From NCBI GenBank assembly GCA_016929435.1, contig JAFGIV010000026.1:30097-94096 (forward strand): a stretch of 64,000 bases of DNA, read 5' to 3'. The DNA is from Candidatus Uhrbacteria bacterium (GTDB lineage: Bacteria > Patescibacteriota > Patescibacteriia > SG8-24). The translations under genes were made by a program, and so were the position numbers. Positions 57,780-64,000 of this stretch are shown in pieces (position 1 is the first letter of the stretch; every line of letters begins with the position of its first letter). Under the pieces are notes generated by a model, which saw nothing but the letters and a program-made list of their open reading frames with translations, was not told the origin of the DNA and made no database searches.

Positions 57780-58880
57780 CTAAAGCCGGTTGCGAATGAC
57801 CCCTCCCCCCAAACAATTTTCACCGTCATAGAATACGATGAACTGCCCCGGAGTCATGGCCCGCTGTTTCCGGACGAATTCGGCGACCCAAGATCCCCGT
57901 TCCCCTTTCCGGGTGACGGTCACGGCCTGAAGCGGCTGGCGGTAACGGATGCGGGCCCGACATTTGAGCGGCAAAATCGGCGGATGCCCGGCGATCCAGT
58001 GAACCGGACCGAAGGCCAGGCTTTTGGAATAAAGGGCCTTTTTCTCGTCCCTGGCTTGAGCCACGATCAGCCGGTTGTTTTTCAGGTCCTTGTCGACCAC
58101 GAACCACGGCCCGCCGGCCATCCCCAACCCGTGCCTCTGTCCGACGGTGTAATGGACAAGGCCGGAATGCTTCCCGACTTCACGGCCCCGAACGTCAATG
58201 ACGGTTCCGGATCGGCTTTCGATCCGTTGGCCCAGGAAATCACCCAATTTGACCTTGCCGATAAAGCAGATGCCCTGACTGTCCTTCTTTTCCGCCACCG
58301 GCAACCCGAATTTCCGGGCCAACTCCCGGACTTTCGGTTTCCTGAAGTGGCCGATCGGAAACAGCACCCGGCTCAACTGCCTTTGGGTAATCTGATTCAG
58401 AAAATACGATTGGTCCTTGTTCCTGTCCAAACCGGCCAGGAGCCGGTACTCCCCCGTTTGTGACCTTTCCGTCCGGCAATAATGCCCGGTGGCGATCATG
58501 TCCGCCCCCAGGCGCCTGGCCTCCCCCATGAACAGGTCAAACTTTATGTCCCGGTTGCATAGGACATCCGGGTTTGGGGTGCGTCCGGCAGCGTATTCCC
58601 TGACCATGTAACCGACCACCGCTTCCCGATACTCCTTTTCGAAATCAAAAACCACGAACGGGATGCCGAGACGGACGGCCACCCGTTCGGCATCGTGCTT
58701 CTCCCTGCGCCAGGCACAGCCGCCGGTCACCGGATCCTTGGTGTCGGACCAGTTCTTCATGAAGGCTCCGACAACCGTATATCCCTGTTCCTGGAGAAGT
58801 GCGGCGGCGACTGCGGAATCCACCCCGCCGGACAGGCCGACAAAGACGGTCTTTCCGCTTTTTGCGGTTTTTTCCGTCAT
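57780..58880 (-). CDS. mnmA: tRNA-specific 2-thiouridylase MnmA
   Basis: PP-loop SGGVDS and conserved catalytic Cys residues. Full-length match. Confidence 0.9.
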   Translation of the reverse strand: MTEKTAKSGKTVFVGLSGGVDSAVAAALLQEQGYTVVGAFMKNWSDTKDPVTGGCAWRREKHDAERVAVRLGIPFVVFDFEKEYREAVVGYMVREYAAGRTPNPDVLCNRDIKFDLFMGEARRLGADMIATGHYCRTERSQTGEYRLLAGLDRNKDQSYFLNQITQRQLSRVLFPIGHFRKPKVRELARKFGLPVAEKKDSQGICFIGKVKLGDFLGQRIESRSGTVIDVRGREVGKHSGLVHYTVGQRHGLGMAGGPWFVVDKDLKNNRLIVAQARDEKKALYSKSLAFGPVHWIAGHPPILPLKCRARIRYRQPLQAVTVTRKGERGSWVAEFVRKQRAMTPGQFIVFYDGENCLGGGVIRNRL

Positions 58881-58901
58881 ACCGAAACTTGGTTTTCCCC
58901 G

Positions 58902-59600
58902 TCAAACCGCCCGTTCCGGAACCATGTCCGAAATCCATCCGGCCAGTTCCGCCATGAACTCCGGATTTGTCCCGAACAGTTCCGTCCCGTGGCCGGCCCC
59001 CTCGAATTCCCTGACCGTGGCCTCCGGCCTGATTCCCGAAAGCTCCCGGACGGCCGCAATTGACCGGTCGTCCTCCCGACTGGCCGCCAGGAACAGTTTC
59101 TGGCCAGCACCCATCATCCGAACCCTGTCCTCCGTCGTCAGGCCGTGGTAGTTGAGACCGGGCGAAAGGGCCGCAACCGCCGGCAATTCCGGATGGGTAC
59201 CGGCATAGGCGATGGCCAGGTTGGCCCCGATGGAGGCCCCGACCAACCCAATGTTTTTCAGGGTGATCCCGGCCTCTTCGGACAGCCAACCCACCGCCGC
59301 CTTTACGTCCCGAATCTTGGCCATGTGTTCCTCGTCACCGAAAAGGCGGTAATCGAGAGCCTGTCCGTTCGGCCCGGAAACGCTCTGGCCGTGTCCGCGC
59401 AGGTCAATCGTCAAAACGCCAAAACCCGCTTCGATCAGGTATGGCTCGAACGACATCCAGCTCTCCTTGGCGGCCGGCATCATGTGAAGCAGGACGGCCC
59501 CCCGCCTTCCCCGACGATCCGGCCTCCCGACGTCGCTGACGCTGTATGCGCCGCAAACGGTCACCCCGTCCTGCGTGATGAAACTTACAGATTTTTTCAT
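58902..59600 (-). CDS. Alpha/beta-fold hydrolase (dienelactone hydrolase-like)
   Basis: Nucleophile elbow GASIGA (GxSxG) with His and Asp downstream. Confidence 0.65.
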   Translation of the reverse strand: MKKSVSFITQDGVTVCGAYSVSDVGRPDRRGRRGAVLLHMMPAAKESWMSFEPYLIEAGFGVLTIDLRGHGQSVSGPNGQALDYRLFGDEEHMAKIRDVKAAVGWLSEEAGITLKNIGLVGASIGANLAIAYAGTHPELPAVAALSPGLNYHGLTTEDRVRMMGAGQKLFLAASREDDRSIAAVRELSGIRPEATVREFEGAGHGTELFGTNPEFMAELAGWISDMVPERAV

Positions 59601-59611
59601 ATGGTAAATGC

Positions 59612-60586
59612 CTATTCGCCGCCGTCAACGGTCAAAAGATCACGGGAGTAGAAATCGGAAAGAAAGCGGTCAACCACGTCCGCCCCGATCAGGTATCCCA
59701 GGCTGCCGCCGATCTTCCCCCTGATGGCCGCCGTCGGCACGCCGATGAACAGGCCGTTGGCGTCGAAAGCCGCCCCTCCGGAGGTTCCGGAATCGATCAG
59801 GGCCGAGGTCTTTATCAGCCCGTCACCCACCCGCCCGCTCACCACCCCCTCCGTGAAGGTAAACGTTTCGGCTCCGACTCCCGGATACCCGCCGATAAAG
59901 ACGGCATCGCCCAACTTCAGTGAATTGGCCGCCTCGGACTGTCCGGCGACCGGCAGGGCGACAAACCCGCCGCCTATGGGTTTGCCGTCAAGCCTCTCCG
60001 TCACCTTCAGTATCGCCAGGTCGTCCCGCCCGTGAACCGCCACGGCCTTGGCCAGGTATTCCGGCTTGGGGGGCTGGCGCTCGTCGACCGTGAACCCGAT
60101 GCCGCAATGGCGGATGTAGCTTCCGTCCTCGCTGGTCATGGCGTGCCGATTCGTCAGGATATGCCCCTCCGAATCGATGACCGTCCCGGAAGCCGTGTAG
60201 TAAACCCCCTGATCCCCGTTGTCAATGCAGAAAACCTCGACTATGGACGGCAGCAGCGATTCGGCCGAAAACGGCGGTTGCCCGCCTCTCCTTTCGGATT
60301 CCTCCTGCCTGACGAAAAGGTCGTTCAGCCGTTCGGAAAGCGCTGTCTTGGATTGGAGATCCTGACGGACCAGGCGATTCAGCCGGGCTGCCAGCCATGC
60401 CTGATCCGCACGGATAACCGACTCGTTCGCCTGCCGGACCATGTTTTCCGTCCGCCGCTCGATCAGTCTCCAACAGCCGGCCAGGACCGTCACCGTCAGG
60501 CTGGCGGTCAGGGCAGCGGCCAGGACCGGACGCATCCGGCCCATGAAAGGCGGCTTGAATCGAATGGGATGCGGTTCCCCTTCCAT
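59612..60586 (-). CDS. Trypsin-like serine protease (S1 family), membrane-anchored
   Basis: N-terminal TM. Catalytic-triad motifs TNRHA (His), D (Asp), DSGTSGGA (Ser). Confidence 0.75.
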   Translation of the reverse strand: MEGEPHPIRFKPPFMGRMRPVLAAALTASLTVTVLAGCWRLIERRTENMVRQANESVIRADQAWLAARLNRLVRQDLQSKTALSERLNDLFVRQEESERRGGQPPFSAESLLPSIVEVFCIDNGDQGVYYTASGTVIDSEGHILTNRHAMTSEDGSYIRHCGIGFTVDERQPPKPEYLAKAVAVHGRDDLAILKVTERLDGKPIGGGFVALPVAGQSEAANSLKLGDAVFIGGYPGVGAETFTFTEGVVSGRVGDGLIKTSALIDSGTSGGAAFDANGLFIGVPTAAIRGKIGGSLGYLIGADVVDRFLSDFYSRDLLTVDGGE

Positions 60587-60587
60587 A

Positions 60588-62876
60588 TCAAAACCTTATT
60601 ACCTGACCGGGCTTGAGGGATTTTTCCCCGTCACCGGCTTTCTTGTCCGATTCCCCGAGTCCCGCATCCGGACCGCCCGATGGTTTTGGCGGTTCCTTCG
60701 GGATTTCAGGAACCGAACCGGCCTTTTCGCCCCCCACCGTCCCCGAAACCGGACGGACCGGCGAACCTTCCCTGGCCGCCGGTTGGGGAACCAGGGCCGA
60801 AAGGCTGATGGCGGGAACCGAAGCGACCGGGACACCGGTCACTGGATTGGCCTGGCCGATCGGCGGCGGTTTAGGGGGCGTCTCGGCCCTAACGGGCGTC
60901 GGGCGGACAGGCGGGCGGACCGGATCCCCTGCCGGACGGACAGCCGCCCTGTTCGAATTGCCGGGGGAAATAACCACCCGCGGGTGACGGACCGGCGGCG
61001 AAACAGGACGGACAACGGCCGGACGAATGGGCGGAATTGGGGACTTGGGTGGCGATTGGGGTTGCGGTTGGGAACGACTGGCCAAAACGGAAAGGCCGAC
61101 TGCCTTCGGCAATGACGGTGAAGGGACCGGGGGTATTCCGGAACCGGTTGGCGGGTTGGGCGGACGGATCGGCGGGTTGGGCGGACTAATCTGAGACGGG
61201 ACGGACGGCGGAACGGTTCCGGCCATGATCTGGCTGGTCGGCAACGGGGCGGGAACGCGAATAGCCGCCGGCCCCATCCTCTGCCGTTCCTCCAGGTGTT
61301 CCTTGCAGAACCAGGGACGGGAACGGTCTGGCTCGAAATTCAGCTTGGATACCTTCCCGCAAACCGAACACGGCATCTCGAATTGGGGCTTGGATTTCTT
61401 TCCCTTGGATCCGGCCAGTTCCGGAATGTTGGGGGAGGAGGCCTGGAGCACCTTGACCTTTTCCTCTATCACCTTCTCCTCGTCATCCATTTTCTCGACC
61501 GGTTCCTCCCCTGCCTCCTGTTCCTCCTCGGTCATTATGACGCCACCGGCATCAACGGTCCCCATGCCGCTCCACCGAAGGACCTTGCCCTCGATCTTTT
61601 CCCGCGGAACGGCATAGCGCTCCCTCGTGACCCTAATGACCTTACCGTAACTGCCGGTTCGGGTGGCGATCGGCGGCAGGGTATTGGCGGAAAACGGTTC
61701 CGATGAGGCGCCGTCGATCATCAGCTTCAGGTAAATCTCGTATTTCCCCAAACCCACCAGGTCCTCCTCCGTAAACCGCGGGGTGAATTCCTTGACCAGC
61801 TCCTCGGCATCCGGCGAGCCGACCCTGAAGGTGATCATGGTCCCCACGTTGCCGAAAACGGCCGGCTTGACCGTCTCGTCCAGCTGTTCGATGTATTGGT
61901 GGGCAACGGTCAGGGCCAGACGGTACTTGCGGGCCTCGGACAGGATGGTGGCGAACGATTCGGTGGCGAAATTCTGGAACTCGTCAACGAACAGGTAGAA
62001 ATCCTGGCGGTCCCTCTCCGGCATGTCCACCCGCTCCATGGCCGCCAACTGCAGGCGGGAAATTATCATCGCCCCGAGCAGGCGAGAATTCTCCTCCCCG
62101 ATCAGGCCCTTGGAAAGGTTGAGGATCAGGATCTTCCTGGTGTCCATTATCTCCCGCAGGTTCATGGTCGAATTCACCTGGGCCACGATGTTCCGGATGA
62201 CGGAGGATGAGACGAACTGGCCGACCTTGTTCTGGACCGGAGCGACCGCCTCGGTCCGGTATTTCTCCGAAAAGGCCGCAAACTCCTTGACCCAGAAGGT
62301 CTTGACCACCGGGTCCTGGATCATGGAAACCACCCGTTTCCGGTATTCCTCGTCGGAAAGCAGCCGGTTGATCCCCAAAAGCGTCGAACCCGGCGCATCC
62401 AAGAGTGCCAGGACCGTATTCAGCAGGATGTATTCCATCCGGGACGACCACATGCCTTCCCAGATCTTCTTGAAGACGGACATCAGACCGCCGGCCACCA
62501 GGTTCTTCTGGGACGGGTCAGACAGCTCGAAGATGTTGAAACCGATCGGAAAATCGACGTCCGAGGGGTCGAAATAGACCACGTCGTTGATCCGGCTGGG
62601 GGGTATGAAATCGATCAGGTTCTGGGCCGTATCCCCGTGTGGATCGACATAACAGCAACCGTGGCCGGAATTGACGTCGTGCAGGAACATGTTCTCCAGA
62701 AGGACCGACTTGCCCATGCCGGTCTTTCCGATCACGTACACGTGGCGGCGGCGGTCATCGGTCTTGATGCCGAACTTCCGGTGCTGGTTGCGAAAATTGG
62801 TGACGGCGAAGGGCATCACCTCATTCTCGTGGTCATGGTCGTACGGCGGCGGAGTCTTATATGGCGGCATAGGCAC
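60588..62876 (-). CDS. FtsK/HerA-superfamily P-loop ATPase of TraD/VirD4 (type IV coupling protein)-like type, without TM anchor, with a ~300-aa proline-rich C-terminal tail
   Basis: Walker A VIGKTGMGKS, a YVDPHGD motif (T4CP-like), Walker B FYLFVDEFQNF, sensor AHQ. The tail is low-complexity PPxRP-rich; a Cys-containing segment (CSVCGK...FCKEH) precedes it. Confidence 0.6.
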   Translation of the reverse strand: MPMPPYKTPPPYDHDHENEVMPFAVTNFRNQHRKFGIKTDDRRRHVYVIGKTGMGKSVLLENMFLHDVNSGHGCCYVDPHGDTAQNLIDFIPPSRINDVVYFDPSDVDFPIGFNIFELSDPSQKNLVAGGLMSVFKKIWEGMWSSRMEYILLNTVLALLDAPGSTLLGINRLLSDEEYRKRVVSMIQDPVVKTFWVKEFAAFSEKYRTEAVAPVQNKVGQFVSSSVIRNIVAQVNSTMNLREIMDTRKILILNLSKGLIGEENSRLLGAMIISRLQLAAMERVDMPERDRQDFYLFVDEFQNFATESFATILSEARKYRLALTVAHQYIEQLDETVKPAVFGNVGTMITFRVGSPDAEELVKEFTPRFTEEDLVGLGKYEIYLKLMIDGASSEPFSANTLPPIATRTGSYGKVIRVTRERYAVPREKIEGKVLRWSGMGTVDAGGVIMTEEEQEAGEEPVEKMDDEEKVIEEKVKVLQASSPNIPELAGSKGKKSKPQFEMPCSVCGKVSKLNFEPDRSRPWFCKEHLEERQRMGPAAIRVPAPLPTSQIMAGTVPPSVPSQISPPNPPIRPPNPPTGSGIPPVPSPSLPKAVGLSVLASRSQPQPQSPPKSPIPPIRPAVVRPVSPPVRHPRVVISPGNSNRAAVRPAGDPVRPPVRPTPVRAETPPKPPPIGQANPVTGVPVASVPAISLSALVPQPAAREGSPVRPVSGTVGGEKAGSVPEIPKEPPKPSGGPDAGLGESDKKAGDGEKSLKPGQVIRF

Positions 62877-64000
62877 TAACCCTCACCCTCCTCGTCATCG
62901 TCCTGAACGGTAGGGATGGCAGACGGCGGCGGAACCGACGGCCTGGAACCGACCTCCGTAAACGGGGTCAGGGACTGTCCGGAAACGGCAAAGGGAAGCC
63001 CCGGCGGCGGTTCGGCACGTTTGGCGTCCGTCTTCTTGACCGACGGGGCCTTGGTGAACTTGAACGGGAAGTGGTAAAGGGTGGCCAGTTCCTCAATGTT
63101 GAGTATGAAGTGGGTCGCCCCGGCGGACATGCTGCGAGACCGGAAATTGCGGACAATGGCGTTCCGTAACCGCCTCATCTTCGGCCGCTGCCAGGGGTAG
63201 GTGGCCTTGGGCATGACCTTGGTGTACCAGCGGATGCCGTTGGAATCAAGGGTGGTCAAAACGCTAAGGGAACTGCCCACGCCGCCGACCAGCTTCATCT
63301 TGGAGAAACTCTCCTTACGAGCGACGTAACAGACGCGAATCTTGCAGTCCAAACCCGGCTTGGAGGCCTTGGCCTGGACCGCATCAAGCAGGTTCCGATC
63401 GTGGGTGGTCATTTCCATGATCTTGGGCCCCGTCTTGTCGTCCTTCTTCGGCGGCTCCGATTCCGTCCCCAAAACCTGGTCCGCGAACAGTCTCGGCCAT
63501 TCCATCAGCCCGGCGATCGGATCGGCCTTGGCTGCCGGCTTCTTCTTTCCGATCGCCTCGTCGACAACTTCCTTGCTGGCCTTCTTCCAGCTGCCGTCAT
63601 TTGGCCTGACCAGGAACTGCAGCCAAAGCTGTTCACCCGGACCGGCCGAACCCATCACCTCCAACAGTCCGGCCATCGGATCCTTGAAGTATTCCTCGGA
63701 CAGGCTGTGCTCGTATTCAATGTGGGTCCGGATCGGAAAGGCGCTGGGCCGACTCAATATGAACTCCAGCCCAAAGGCGTCATGGGTCTCGTTCGGGTAG
63801 GTTCCCGGAACCGTGGCGGCATAGTCCTCGATTTCGACTATCTCGGCATCCGGGTATTGGGAATAGATGGCCGCTTCCAGGGTATTGCGGGCCGAACTCG
63901 GCGTCCGAACCAGGAACTGGACATAGCCCTCAATGGAGACAATCTCGAAACTGTAGGTGTTCTGGACGATCCCCAGCCACCACCTGTCCCGAAAATCGGT
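62876..64000 (-). CDS. Hypothetical protein, 5'-partial (reading frame open to the window end); partner of the T4CP-like ATPase
   Basis: Frame verified open from 63757 up to 64000 with no stop. Its stop overlaps the ATPase start. No motifs recognised. Confidence 0.4.
   Translation of the reverse strand, partial: TDFRDRWWLGIVQNTYSFEIVSIEGYVQFLVRTPSSARNTLEAAIYSQYPDAEIVEIEDYAATVPGTYPNETHDAFGLEFILSRPSAFPIRTHIEYEHSLSEEYFKDPMAGLLEVMGSAGPGEQLWLQFLVRPNDGSWKKASKEVVDEAIGKKKPAAKADPIAGLMEWPRLFADQVLGTESEPPKKDDKTGPKIMEMTTHDRNLLDAVQAKASKPGLDCKIRVCYVARKESFSKMKLVGGVGSSLSVLTTLDSNGIRWYTKVMPKATYPWQRPKMRRLRNAIVRNFRSRSMSAGATHFILNIEELATLYHFPFKFTKAPSVKKTDAKRAEPPPGLPFAVSGQSLTPFTEVGSRPSVPPPSAIPTVQDDDEEGEG

Noticed and set aside
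1-64000. CRISPR arrays and rRNA genes
   Set aside because: No regularly spaced short repeats and no rRNA-like conserved stretches seen anywhere in the window.

Overview
This is a high-GC (~60%) bacterial chromosomal window with compact, mostly co-directional housekeeping genes. A roughly 18.5 kb accessory region (about 15.3 to 33.9 kb) is embedded in it. Several traits hint at a reduced-genome lineage such as CPR/Patescibacteria: N-terminally extended ribosomal proteins, RpoA without an alpha-CTD, a short AlaRS and a helicase-motif-degenerate PriA. That placement is inference only.

Core genes, 0-15 kb: mreBCD with PBP2 (cell-shape cluster), lysS, serS, a FtsQ-like POTRA protein, a MacAB-like tripartite ABC efflux set (HlyD adaptor, ATPase, FtsX permease), a secreted beta-rich protein, an FGE/SUMF1-like protein and an orphan lpxC.

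Core genes, 34-64 kb: M23 peptidase, gltX, TagA/WecB glycosyltransferase, clpB, lexA divergent from a MEMO/LigB-like gene, priA-like, def, fmt, a glycan cluster (ligase-like membrane protein, GT4, flippase), a ribosomal/rpoA block (rpsI, rplM, rplQ, rpoA, rpsD, rpsK, rpsM, rpmJ, infA), alaS, mnmA, an alpha/beta hydrolase, an S1 protease, and a soluble TraD/VirD4-like P-loop ATPase with a proline-rich tail plus a partner gene that runs off the window end.

The accessory region has three parts.
(i) A lower-GC GNAT-GNAT-ASCH gene is flanked by a 33-bp direct repeat that duplicates the 3' end of an ASCH gene.
(ii) A single minus-strand operon runs Type III mod, then GHKL(MORC-like) ATPase, then TIR-like protein, then 2TM+macro-like protein, then Type III res. 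The three AT-rich middle genes are wedged between mod and res; the TIR plus TM-macro pair resembles type II Thoeris. A HARE-HTH/PD-(D/E)xK nuclease lies next to it.
(iii) A ~6.2 kb element bounded by a 15-bp direct repeat carries an inovirus-like morphogenesis module: small coat-like proteins, a Cys-rich pIII-like adsorption protein, a small TM protein and a Zot/pI-like ATPase. No integrase is present, which suggests a Xer/dif-type integrated filamentous prophage.

No rRNA, tRNA or CRISPR array was found. Many long antisense ORFs in the track are high-GC artefacts.
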